In this document: in pieces, positions 55,976-64,000 of the stretch
Position numbering within the stretch: position 1 is the first letter of the stretch
Layout: each line of letters begins with the position of its first letter
NCBI GenBank assembly: GCA_003141195.1
Contig: PLLC01000088.1
Coordinates: 8,595 to 72,594, forward strand
Source of the DNA: Syntrophaceae bacterium
GTDB lineage: Bacteria > Desulfobacterota > Syntrophia > Syntrophales > UBA5619
Reading direction: 5' to 3'
Length of the DNA stretch: 64,000 nucleotides
The notes under the pieces: generated by a model
The model's input: only the letters and a program-made list of their open reading frames with translations
What the model was told of the DNA's origin: nothing
Database searches by the model: none
Position numbers and translations under genes: made by a program

Positions 55976-56920
55976 TCAGGTTCCTTCCCAGGCGAAAGGC
56001 TTTTCCCGCGCGAAGTCCGGGTTGAGCGCCCGGTCGTCGACCGTCTGGGTGTAGAGCTCCTCGAAGCCGAGGTCGAGCGCGGCGTTGACCACCCGCTCGT
56101 ACTCCTCCCGCGTCACCCGCCGGCCGAGAAGCGGATCGCCCGCGACGGCCGGGATTGGCGTGTACTGGGACATCAGGCTCAACGGGATGAACGGGGAGAC
56201 CTCCCGGATCAGCTTCAGGGCCGCCAGGCTGTTGTCCGTCCTCCCCGGCAGGACGAGGTGGCGGACGAGGATCCCCCGCCGGGCGACGCCGTCCTCGATA
56301 TCGAGCGCGTCGCCGACCTGGCGTACCATCTCCCGGAGGGAGCTTAGGGCGCGGCACGGGTAGTCCGGCACGCCGGAACAACTCTTCCCCGCCTCATCCA
56401 GACCGTATTTAAAGTCGGGCAGATAGATCTCGACCCTCCCGTCGATCAGGCGGAGGATCTCCTTCCGCTCGTAACCGCCGCAGTTGAAGACGAAAGGGAC
56501 GCGCAGGCCCCGTTCCCGGGCGATCCGGAGCGCCTCCATGATCCCCGGCAGATGGGGGGTAGGTGTGACCGGCTCGACATTGTGGCATCCCCGGGCCTCG
56601 AGATCCAGCATGATCCCGGCCAGCTCTTCGGCGGTGACCGGCCTTCCCGCCGGGGAATGGCTGATCTGGTAATTCTGGCAGTAGATACACCGGAGGTTGC
56701 AGGAGGAGAAGAAGATCGTCCCCGCGCCGCGGCTTCCGGAGAGCGGCGGCTCCTCGCCGTGGTGGGGAAGCGCGCTGCTGATGACCATCCGGGCGTCGAG
56801 ACGGCAGAACCCCTTAACGCCTGCGATCCGGTCGGCCCGGCACATCCGCGGGCAGAGGACGCAGCGCTTCAGGATCCTCTTCAGCGACTCGATCCGGCGG
56901 GAGATTCCCGCGTTCTGCAT
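55976..56920 (-). CDS. Radical SAM protein, PflX/YjjW-like (putative glycyl-radical-enzyme-activase-like)
   Basis: [12 protein letters not shown]...FC N-terminal cluster motif and the radical SAM motif [10 protein letters not shown]. Confidence 0.7.
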   Translation of the reverse strand: MQNAGISRRIESLKRILKRCVLCPRMCRADRIAGVKGFCRLDARMVISSALPHHGEEPPLSGSRGAGTIFFSSCNLRCIYCQNYQISHSPAGRPVTAEELAGIMLDLEARGCHNVEPVTPTPHLPGIMEALRIARERGLRVPFVFNCGGYERKEILRLIDGRVEIYLPDFKYGLDEAGKSCSGVPDYPCRALSSLREMVRQVGDALDIEDGVARRGILVRHLVLPGRTDNSLAALKLIREVSPFIPLSLMSQYTPIPAVAGDPLLGRRVTREEYERVVNAALDLGFEELYTQTVDDRALNPDFAREKPFAWEGT

Positions 56921-56948
56921 GCAAATACCTCATCCGACGCCGATTTTC

Positions 56949-56973
56949 GGGGACAGATTTGAAATCTGTCCCC
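56949..56973. repeat. Type A palindrome, intergenic
   Basis: Perfect copy between the patatin-like stop and the PflX-like start. Confidence 0.9.
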
Positions 56974-56982
56974 GAGTTCCCG

Positions 56983-58056
56983 TCAAAGCCTTTCCACCGC
57001 ATCCTTCAGACGGCCGCTCGCGATCATCTCCAGAAACTCCTCGCCGAGCGGGGCGGACAGCTCGACCGTCCGCCGCCAGTTCGCAATCCGCCTTGCCGGA
57101 TCGTCGATGAAGGTCTCGAAATCGCCGCGGTCCGGGATTCGGCCATCCGGGAGACTCTCCACAAAGCCCTCCGACGGATAGATCATGACGACGGAGTCGA
57201 GAAACGCCTCCGGCGGCCTGCGCCTCTTGATTTTCTTGTCCATCCAGCCGGGGATGATCCGCTCCTGGTGGTGAAAAAAGAGGGTCAACCCGCCGCTTCG
57301 CGTCCGGTAATCCTGGTTGATGTGGTAGTCGATCAGCCCTCCGTCCCGGTAAACGCCGTCCGGGGCGCCGAAGATGTCCCGCACGCCGGCGACGGCAATG
57401 GGGATCGCGCCGGAGGCGATCAGGGCGGCCTTGAAATTGACCTCGGAAAGCGGGAAACAGCGGCCGCGGAACCCCTTGTGCAGGCAAAAATCGGGCGGCT
57501 GCACCCCGTAGTAAAAAACGGTCCTCTCGGCAAAGCGGTGGATCAGCGCCGGATGAAGGACGTTGGCCAGAAAGCCGAGAATGAAGCCCATTTTCTGCAC
57601 CCAGGGCCGTTCGGAGGCCGTGAGGTTTTCCGCCCGGGAGGTCAGGATCGCCAGACGGTACGGTTTGCAGGCCAGGGCGAAGGAAAGGGCGTCGTCATCG
57701 ATATAGCTGTTGACGATCGCGACCAGGGACTGGAGGATTATCGCCGGGGTGTCCTTCCGCCTGTAGGTGGCGGCGATGTAAGCCTCGATCAGGGTACGGT
57801 AGCTTTTTTCCGCCTCCGGCTGCAGCCAGGCCGCGAAACGCCAGGCCCCGGCGGATGCCCCGACCAGCCAGACCGGCTGCCGCCTGCCGAGCAGGCCCTC
57901 CCGGAGGAGCGTCAGATCGAAACCGCTTGCAACCAGCCAGCGGGGACCGCCGGCCGGCCCGAAATAGGTCGCGATCCGATCCGGGCTGAAACCGCCCGCA
58001 CGGATGAGCTCATAGGCCCGCTTCCCCGCCCTGACGCGGATGTTTTCCCTGCTCAT
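56983..58056 (-). CDS. Patatin-like phospholipase family protein
   Basis: GASAGAW (GxSxG) and YRDGGLIDY (catalytic Asp, DGG) motifs. ATG 58054-58056 with a GGAGGAAG RBS. Confidence 0.65.
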   Translation of the reverse strand: MSRENIRVRAGKRAYELIRAGGFSPDRIATYFGPAGGPRWLVASGFDLTLLREGLLGRRQPVWLVGASAGAWRFAAWLQPEAEKSYRTLIEAYIAATYRRKDTPAIILQSLVAIVNSYIDDDALSFALACKPYRLAILTSRAENLTASERPWVQKMGFILGFLANVLHPALIHRFAERTVFYYGVQPPDFCLHKGFRGRCFPLSEVNFKAALIASGAIPIAVAGVRDIFGAPDGVYRDGGLIDYHINQDYRTRSGGLTLFFHHQERIIPGWMDKKIKRRRPPEAFLDSVVMIYPSEGFVESLPDGRIPDRGDFETFIDDPARRIANWRRTVELSAPLGEEFLEMIASGRLKDAVERL

Positions 58057-58262
58057 GCTTCCTCCGGCCGGATCGCCCGCCGCGTGTCCCTGGTGAACCG
58101 GAAAACGCCGCGCCCCAGGATGATTCACCCGCGCAACCACGCAAATGATCTGTTGGCAAATGGCCTTGACACGGCCCGAGGCGTCCTGTACATTATCGTC
58201 GCTCTTTTCCGGCAGATGGGCGGTTTTATACGAATACCGCCGGAATTGTCAATGTCTAATAT

Positions 58263-58325
58263 GTACGTAGAGCGACAAAGGATAAGGGAAACGCAGCAGA
58301 TGGGCGTTTTTCAACAGCCTGTTAA
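58263..58325. repeat. Partial (3' half) copy of the 12788/27841 MITE-like element
   Basis: GTACGTAGAGCGACAAAGGATAAGGGAAACGCAGCAGATGGGCGTTTTTCAACAGCCTGTTAA aligns with the right halves of the full copies. Confidence 0.75.
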
Positions 58326-58338
58326 GGAAATGAAAATC

Positions 58339-59598
58339 ATGACGGATATCGCATCACAGATGACGGAGATGGGCAGGCAGGCCAGACGGGCATCCGCCGT
58401 CCTCGCCCGGACCTCCACCGATGTCAAGAACCGGGCGCTAATCGCGATGGCGGACGCCCTCGTCCGGAGCGGGGATCGCCTGATCCGGGAAAACGAAAAG
58501 GATCTCGCCCACGCGCGGGATCTCGGCCTCTCCCCGGCAATGATCGACCGCCTGACGCTTACGGAGGCGACCATCGCGGGGATCGCCCAGGGGCTCGCCG
58601 AGGTGGCCGCCCTGCCCGATCCCGTCGGCAAGGTCACGTCCATGTGGCGGCGGCCGAACGGCCTCCTCGTCGGCCGGATGCGCATCCCTCTCGGGGTCAT
58701 CGGCATCATCTACGAATCCCGCCCGAACGTCACGGCGGACGCGGCCGCCCTCTGTCTGAAGTCGGGGAACGCCGTCATCCTCCGCGGCGGCTCGGAGGCG
58801 ATCCATTCCAACCTCGCCATCGCCCGGACCCTCCAGGATGTCCTCCTGGACCTTGCGCTCCCGGAAACGGCGATCCAGGTCGTCCCCATAACCGACCGGG
58901 AGGCCGTTTACGAGCTGCTCCAGTTAGAGGAGTTCATCGACGTGATCATCCCCCGCGGCGGGGAGGAGCTGATCCGCGCCGTTGTCCGGGATTCGAAGAT
59001 CCCGGTGATCAAGCACTACAAGGGGGTCTGCCACGTCTTCATCGACGAGGGAGCGAATCTGGACATGGCCGTCCGGATCTGCATGAATGCAAAAACGCAG
59101 CGGCCGGGAGTCTGCAACGCGATGGAGACGCTCCTCGTCCATGAGGGCGTCGCCGGGGCGTTCCTGCCGCTCGCGGCCGGGAAGCTCCGGGAGGCCGGCG
59201 TCGTAATCCGCGGCTGCGAGAAAACGCGGACGATCCTGCCGGAGGCGGAGGCGGCCGCGGAGGAGGACTGGTATCGGGAATACCTCGACCTGATCCTCGC
59301 CGTCCGCGTGGTCCGCGACCTTGACGAGGCGATCGCCCACATCGAGAAGTACGGCTCACTCCACACCGAGGCGATCGTCACGGAGAACTACGGCAGGGCG
59401 CAGCGGTTCCTCCAGGAGGTAAACTCCTCCACGGTCCTCGTCAACGCCTCCACCCGTTTCAGCGACGGCTTCGAGCTGGGGCTGGGGGCGGAAATCGGCA
59501 TCAGCACGACCAAGCTCCACGCCTTCGGCCCCATGGGGCTGGAAGAGCTGACCACAACCAAATTCATCGTTTACGGAAACGGGCAGGTAAGAACATGA
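58339..59598 (+). CDS. proA: Gamma-glutamyl phosphate reductase
   Basis: [46 protein letters not shown] and HTEAIVT motifs. Only the last 420 codons of ORF 56959-59598 are used. Confidence 0.9.
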   Translation: MTDIASQMTEMGRQARRASAVLARTSTDVKNRALIAMADALVRSGDRLIRENEKDLAHARDLGLSPAMIDRLTLTEATIAGIAQGLAEVAALPDPVGKVTSMWRRPNGLLVGRMRIPLGVIGIIYESRPNVTADAAALCLKSGNAVILRGGSEAIHSNLAIARTLQDVLLDLALPETAIQVVPITDREAVYELLQLEEFIDVIIPRGGEELIRAVVRDSKIPVIKHYKGVCHVFIDEGANLDMAVRICMNAKTQRPGVCNAMETLLVHEGVAGAFLPLAAGKLREAGVVIRGCEKTRTILPEAEAAAEEDWYREYLDLILAVRVVRDLDEAIAHIEKYGSLHTEAIVTENYGRAQRFLQEVNSSTVLVNASTRFSDGFELGLGAEIGISTTKLHAFGPMGLEELTTTKFIVYGNGQVRT

Positions 59599-59722
59599 CG
59601 GCTTCGGAAAAAGCCCGGATGCTGCGTTGCGCTTCATCCCTCGTCATTGCGGCGTACACCAAAGTACGCCTCATTCCTCGGGATTCGCGCGCCTTGCCTG
59701 CGGACTTTTTTACGAAGCCGTC
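59597..59722. repeat. Short MITE-like element, reverse-oriented relative of the 12788/27841 family
   Basis: GACGGCTTCGGAAAAAGC ... GGACTTTTTTACGAAGCCGTC termini. The interior aligns with the reverse complement of 27841-28019 minus an internal segment. Confidence 0.7.
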
Positions 59723-59765
59723 CAATTTTCGAGACTTTTAAGACTTTTTATGAGGGCGTAAGAAC

Positions 59766-60416
59766 ATGAAATGGGGATTGTTCGGGGGCACGTTTGATCC
59801 GATCCATATCGGGCATCTCCGGTGTGCATCAGAGATGCTGGAGATCTTCGATCTGAACCGGATCATCTTCGTTCCGGCGGCGCGGCCGCCGCACAAACTC
59901 AACGCCGCGATCACGTCCTTCTACCACCGCGAACAGATGATCCGCCTCGCGATCGAGGGGAATCCGGCCTTTTCCTTCTCGGACGTGGAAAACCGGCGGG
60001 AGAAGACATCCTATTCCGTGGAGACGGTGGAGCGCCTCCTGGACCAGTACCGTCTGGAAAAGCTCGAGCTCTACTTCATCCTCGGTCAGGACGCCTTCCA
60101 CGCGATCCGGACCTGGAAGGACTGGGAGAGGCTCCTCCTGATGTGCCACTTCGCCGTCATGACCCGGCCGGGCTACATGCACCGGGGGCTGGAGGAGATC
60201 CTCACCCCCGAATTCGCCTCCCGGTTTACGTATGACGAGGGCGTCCGGGGCTTCCGCGGACCCACCGGGCATGTGATCTGCTTCCGCGAGGTCACTTTCC
60301 TCGACATCGCCTCCAGCAATATCCGGAAGCGGGCGAAGGAGGGAAAGGATGTCCACTACCTGGTCACGGACGAGGTCCGCCGCTACATCTTGAAAAACTC
60401 CCTCTACCGGGAATAA
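59766..60416 (+). CDS. nadD: Nicotinate-nucleotide adenylyltransferase
   Basis: [15 protein letters not shown] and SSNIRKR motifs. Confidence 0.9.
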   Translation: MKWGLFGGTFDPIHIGHLRCASEMLEIFDLNRIIFVPAARPPHKLNAAITSFYHREQMIRLAIEGNPAFSFSDVENRREKTSYSVETVERLLDQYRLEKLELYFILGQDAFHAIRTWKDWERLLLMCHFAVMTRPGYMHRGLEEILTPEFASRFTYDEGVRGFRGPTGHVICFREVTFLDIASSNIRKRAKEGKDVHYLVTDEVRRYILKNSLYRE

Positions 60417-61331
60417 TTATTTTTTCAGCGCGGCATAGAGCTCCTCATGGAGGGGCACGGGGATGCCGAGGGCGCGCCCGGCGCGGACGGCGTAGCCGAT
60501 GAAGAGATCAACCTCCGTCCGCCTCCCCTTCTCGTAGTCCAACTGCATGGACGATTTTGTCTCATAGGGGAAGCGGGCAACCTTGACGAGCGCCGTCTCC
60601 ACGCTGTCCCCGGGAAGCGCGATCCCCCCGGCCTGCGCCAGACGCCCGATCTCCTCCATCAGCCCCCGGACCATCGCCTTTCCCTTCTCATCCGCCATGA
60701 CCGCACCGAAGGGCTTCGCCAGGAGCGACGTTACGCCGGCCATCGGGCTTACAAAGAGGTACTTCGTCCAGAGGTGAACGCCGATCCGGTCCGTCAACTC
60801 CGCCTTGATCCCCGCATCCTTCAGGAGCGCTTCCAGCGGACGGAAGGCCTCCGCCCTTCCGTCGTCCGGACCGAAGAAGAGCTGGCAGGTCCCCCCGACC
60901 TGGTGGACGACGCCGGGGGCCTCGATGAAGGCGGAGATATAGACGCAGCCGCTCAGGACCACCCCCCGGGGGAGAATGGCCCGCAGCCGCTCGGCGATGT
61001 CGACGCCGTTCAGGAGGGGAAGGACGACCGTTTCTGCATGCAGAAGCGGGGCGATTTCGGCGGCGGCTTCCTCCAGCGCATATTCCTTTACGCAGACCAG
61101 AACGAGGTCGCAGGGTCCGGCCGCGGCGGGATCGTCGGTCGCCAGGCCGGGGATGACCCGGAACTCGCCTTCCACCGTTTTGAGAAGCAGGCCTCCCTTC
61201 CGGATCGCCGCAAGATGCGAGCCCCGTGCGATGAAAACGACCCTGTGCTCCGCTGAACCGGCATATTTCAGGGCGACCTTCCCCCCAAAATAACCGCCTA
61301 CCCCCCCGAGACCCACCACCGCGATTTTCAT
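60417..61331 (-). CDS. panE: 2-dehydropantoate 2-reductase (PanE/ApbA family)
   Basis: MKIAVVGLGGVGGYFGG Rossmann motif; C-terminal SSMQLDYEKGRRTEVD. AAGGGGA RBS. Confidence 0.75.
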   Translation of the reverse strand: MKIAVVGLGGVGGYFGGKVALKYAGSAEHRVVFIARGSHLAAIRKGGLLLKTVEGEFRVIPGLATDDPAAAGPCDLVLVCVKEYALEEAAAEIAPLLHAETVVLPLLNGVDIAERLRAILPRGVVLSGCVYISAFIEAPGVVHQVGGTCQLFFGPDDGRAEAFRPLEALLKDAGIKAELTDRIGVHLWTKYLFVSPMAGVTSLLAKPFGAVMADEKGKAMVRGLMEEIGRLAQAGGIALPGDSVETALVKVARFPYETKSSMQLDYEKGRRTEVDLFIGYAVRAGRALGIPVPLHEELYAALKK

Positions 61332-61679
61332 GTTCGTTCCCCTTTCAAAACGTTGCGTTCTCCGAAAGACAACTCCCCGGCAAAACCCGGATTTCCCGCT
61401 CCCGTTGCGCGAGGGGACCATCGAGGAGGACTCAACCATGAATCGATTCGTAGCATATTGGGCCAGTTGTTACAACTGCCTAAATCCACTCCCTGATTTT
61501 ACGCGGGCCGGTTTCCCCATTTTTCAAGGATGCGGGGCCGGCGGGGACCAAGGCAGGCGATCGAAAAGATCGCCCGGCGGTCGGGGAACGGGGACAACCC
61601 GTTCGGGGAGAAAATTCTTATGGTAAAAGGCATTTAAAAGCGTTAGAGTAATATAATATTCAGAAAAGGAGTGCCGGTC

Positions 61680-63020
61680 ATGAAGCAGTTCAACGATCTG
61701 ATCCTTGCTGCGGTAAAGGAGGGGTTTTCCGATCTTCACATCGCCGGGAACCAGCCGATTGTCTTCCGGAAGAACGGGACCATTCATACCGACAAGACCA
61801 TCCGGTGGACGCATCCGGACATCGACGACCTCGTGAAGGAGCTGCTCAACCCGGTCCACTTGCAGATCCTGAGGAGCCGTTGGTCCGTGGATTTTGCGTT
61901 CACCGTACAGAATGTCCGGATCCGGATGAATGTCTTCAATACCGACCGGGGACTGAGCCTGGCCCTCCGTCTCCTTCCCGGGACGGTCCCCACCATCGGC
62001 ATGCTGAATCTGCACCCGTCTCTTCAGAAGATCGGCGAACTCAAAACGGGTCTCGTCCTGATCTGCGGGACGACGGGCTGCGGCAAAACGACCACCATCG
62101 CGGCAATCCTTGAGGAAATCAACCGTTCCCGTTTCGCCCATATCGTCACCATCGAGGATCCCGTGGAATACCGTTTCGTCTCGAAGCAGTCGTTCATCCA
62201 ACAGCGGGAGGTCGGCACCCATGTCCCCTCCTTCCGGCAGGGACTCCTCGACGTGCTGCGCGAGGACCCGGACGTGATCGTCGTCGGCGAGCTTCGGGAA
62301 CCGGAGACAATCCGCCTGACCATCAACGCCGCCGAGTCCGGCCACCTCGTCATCGCCTCCATCCACGCCGCGCTGGCGGAAGACGCCATCTACCGTATCT
62401 GCAATTCGTTTCCCCTCGAAGCGCAGGACGAGATCCGTTTCCAGTTCGCATCCTGCCTTTCCTGGGTCGTCGTTCAGCAACTGCTCTATGTCGAACGCCT
62501 CCGGTTCCGGGTGCCGCTGCTCTCCATCCTCCGGGGCACGCAAGCGGTCAAGGGAATCATACGGGACAACCGCCTTCCCCAGATCGAAAACGCGATGCAT
62601 ACGGGGAAAAAGGACGGCATGTTCACAAGGGAACGGTATCTGGACGAATTCCTGAACCCAAGGGAGACGTTCGTCCTTCCCAGCCAGAGTTTCCGCCCGA
62701 CGCTGGAGTTGCTCCCGGATGAGGGTTACACCTCCCCCCTGATCGGCGGGGACCTTCACAACATCTGTTCCACTCCGGATGTCCCGTCGCAGATCGAACG
62801 GAAGGAAGCCGAAGCTTACACCCTGAAGCCTCCAAAAACCGCCTTCCAGGCCGGTTCGGACGGCGAACCGCATTACGTTATCGATGACAAAGAAAATCTG
62901 GAAGACCTGGTCGCCCAGTTGGACAAAGCAATCATCATCTCCGGGGAGAATCGTAACAAAAAAAATAATGAACTACCCCGCAGCAAGCTACGGGGTATCA
63001 AAAGCACCTATAAGGAATAG
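61680..63020 (+). CDS. pilT: PilT/PilU-family type IV pilus retraction ATPase with a roughly 100-aa C-terminal extension
   Basis: FSDLHI, GTTGCGKTTT (Walker A), TIEDPVEY, DPDVIVVGELR and ESGHLV motifs. Confidence 0.75.
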   Translation: MKQFNDLILAAVKEGFSDLHIAGNQPIVFRKNGTIHTDKTIRWTHPDIDDLVKELLNPVHLQILRSRWSVDFAFTVQNVRIRMNVFNTDRGLSLALRLLPGTVPTIGMLNLHPSLQKIGELKTGLVLICGTTGCGKTTTIAAILEEINRSRFAHIVTIEDPVEYRFVSKQSFIQQREVGTHVPSFRQGLLDVLREDPDVIVVGELREPETIRLTINAAESGHLVIASIHAALAEDAIYRICNSFPLEAQDEIRFQFASCLSWVVVQQLLYVERLRFRVPLLSILRGTQAVKGIIRDNRLPQIENAMHTGKKDGMFTRERYLDEFLNPRETFVLPSQSFRPTLELLPDEGYTSPLIGGDLHNICSTPDVPSQIERKEAEAYTLKPPKTAFQAGSDGEPHYVIDDKENLEDLVAQLDKAIIISGENRNKKNNELPRSKLRGIKSTYKE

Positions 63021-63044
63021 GCCTTTCGCAGCAAGCTGCGGGGA
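62976..63044. repeat. Two direct copies of CGCAGCAAGCT(A/G)CGGGG straddling the pilT-like stop codon
   Basis: 62976-62995 CCCCGCAGCAAGCTACGGGG and 63027-63044 CGCAGCAAGCTGCGGGG. Each is internally palindromic (GCAGC-AA-GCTGC). Confidence 0.6.
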
Positions 63045-63154
63045 ATTAACCCGGATGAGATTAAAAAATTATCTTGACAACATACCGGGGGTTTGTTAGG
63101 TACGCACCATCCGGGTCTCCGGCAGGTTCCCCGATAAGTTGATGTGAGGGATTT

Positions 63155-63379
63155 ATGATTATTATCAGCGGTCAGATGTACTCTACCATTGTAGATGCCG
63201 CGAGGGAACTCGGCGTGTCGGCGAAGACGATACGCCAATACATCGCGAAAAAAATCATCCCCGAGCCTCCCGTCATCCAGTTCGGCAACCGGACGGTCAA
63301 GCATTTTTCCAAGAACTATCTAACTGCGGCAAAAAAACAGCTTCAAAAATACCGGACCGGAAGAGACAGCAAGGGATAG
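63155..63379 (+). CDS. Small helix-turn-helix DNA-binding protein (excisionase/MerR-like HTH)
   Basis: TIVDAARELGVSAKTIRQYIAKKIIP motif. GAGGGA RBS. Confidence 0.5.
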   Translation: MIIISGQMYSTIVDAARELGVSAKTIRQYIAKKIIPEPPVIQFGNRTVKHFSKNYLTAAKKQLQKYRTGRDSKG

Positions 63380-63506
63380 TGCGGGCGTCTGCAGGACTCC
63401 GCAATGGCATGACCATGGATGGCGAGGATAAGGCGGGCCATCGGGCAGGGTACGCACAGCAGATCAACGAAACTTAAGGACCGAAGAATCACACAGAGGT
63501 TTTGAC

Positions 63507-64000
63507 GTGGCTCGACTCAGCGACACCACATCGACGGAAAAACTCCTCAAGGTCATCCGCAGCAAGAAGGATGAGGCCTCGGCGGCGCCGGCAGGCGCCG
63601 CCAAGCCTGTGCCCCCGAAAACCGGCCGTTTCAAGATTTCCCTGCCCAAGTTGATAAACCTCCATAAACCCTCCACGGTTGGCATCGACATCGGCCATGA
63701 TTACCTCCGCCTGGTCCGGATTGAGGAAACCGCCGGCGGCAAGTTGGAGATCATCGACCGGAGGCGTTTCGCCGTGCCGCAGAAAACGTCCCGGGACGCG
63801 CCGGAATTCGCGGCCTTCCTGAAATCTTCGCTGGCCTCGATCTGCGGTTCGGCAAGGCAGCCGGACCTGTGGGTGAACATGTCCGCGGCCAGGGTCGATG
63901 TCCATCATGTCCGCATCCCCAAGGTTTCCAAAAAACGGCTCAGCAACGTCGTCTACTGGACGGCCAAGAAGGAGACCCCCTTCGACGAAAAGGAGATGGT
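63507..64000 (+). CDS. pilM: Type IV pilus assembly protein PilM (5' part; continues beyond the window)
   Basis: GTG 63507 lies after AGAGG. Frame is open to the window end. VGIDIGHDYLRLVRI and VVYWTAKKETPFD resemble the PilM actin-like N-terminus. Confidence 0.6.
   Translation, partial: MARLSDTTSTEKLLKVIRSKKDEASAAPAGAAKPVPPKTGRFKISLPKLINLHKPSTVGIDIGHDYLRLVRIEETAGGKLEIIDRRRFAVPQKTSRDAPEFAAFLKSSLASICGSARQPDLWVNMSAARVDVHHVRIPKVSKKRLSNVVYWTAKKETPFDEKEM

Noticed and set aside
14618-56973. GGGGACA...TGTCCCC palindromes as a CRISPR array
   Set aside because: The copies are kilobases apart, not regularly spaced. Some lie inside genes, and no cas genes are present. They behave as dispersed REP-like elements.
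56959-58338. N-terminal 460 codons of the 879-aa ORF 56959-59598
   Set aside because: This part is antisense to the patatin-like gene and runs through MITE sequence. Only the segment from ATG 58339 matches ProA.
61440-61679. Riboswitch or structured leader upstream of the pilT-like gene
   Set aside because: Two short hairpins are present (GGCGATC-GAAAA-GATCGCC at 61556-61574; GAACGGG-GACAA-CCCGTTC at about 61586-61604). There is no match to cyclic-di-GMP or other riboswitch cores that I can recognise.

Overview
High-GC, GC3-rich bacterial chromosomal window. The gene content looks like an anaerobic Desulfobacterota or deltaproteobacterium-like organism, but taxonomy cannot be verified from the sequence alone.

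Gene order, left to right:
- A decayed secreted 5'-nucleotidase with two in-frame stops, plus a TRAP DctM remnant.
- An orphan GrdB/PrdB-family selenoprotein (in-frame UGA followed by a hairpin).
- dedA, a repeat-containing membrane protein, glmM and a nagB-like gene.
- An AT-rich islet carrying an EEP nuclease/phosphatase gene interrupted by an in-frame TGA.
- PurS-fused purL and purQ.
- On the minus strand: fis-like, LbH (GlmU-like), a 1277-aa GlmS-like gene and pyrG.
- moaC, comM, ilvE and lolA.
- An alpha-glucan cluster: debranching enzyme, GT4/5 synthase, GH57, and a 1417-aa GT3 glycogen synthase fused to a GT35 phosphorylase.
- A lower-GC island of about 21 kb (about 34.9-55.8 kb). It holds two E1 alpha/beta pairs, one E2 and no E3, a PPC protein, a TRAP transporter, two SDRs and an AhpD-like protein. 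It also holds two complete lipoyl-assembly modules: LipB-LipA-GcvH, and LplA-GcvH-LplA plus two radical SAM genes (LipS1/LipS2-like). These modules flank a GlcD plus HdrD-like (CCG) gene pair.
- DUF2905, a PflX-like radical SAM, a patatin-like gene, proA, nadD, panE, pilT-like, a small HTH gene and partial pilM.

Two repeat systems are superimposed on this:
- A 25/27-nt GGGGACA...TGTCCCC palindrome family with 7 copies. Two are embedded in frame in CDSs and two supply CDS 3' ends.
- A MITE-like superfamily with CGTAAAAAGT / GTTGAAAAAG-type terminal inverted repeats (seven copies), plus one unrelated small inverted-repeat element at 46401-46522.

No rRNA, tRNA, CRISPR array, transposase or integrase was recognised. 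All functional calls rest on motif recognition by eye. No database search was run.
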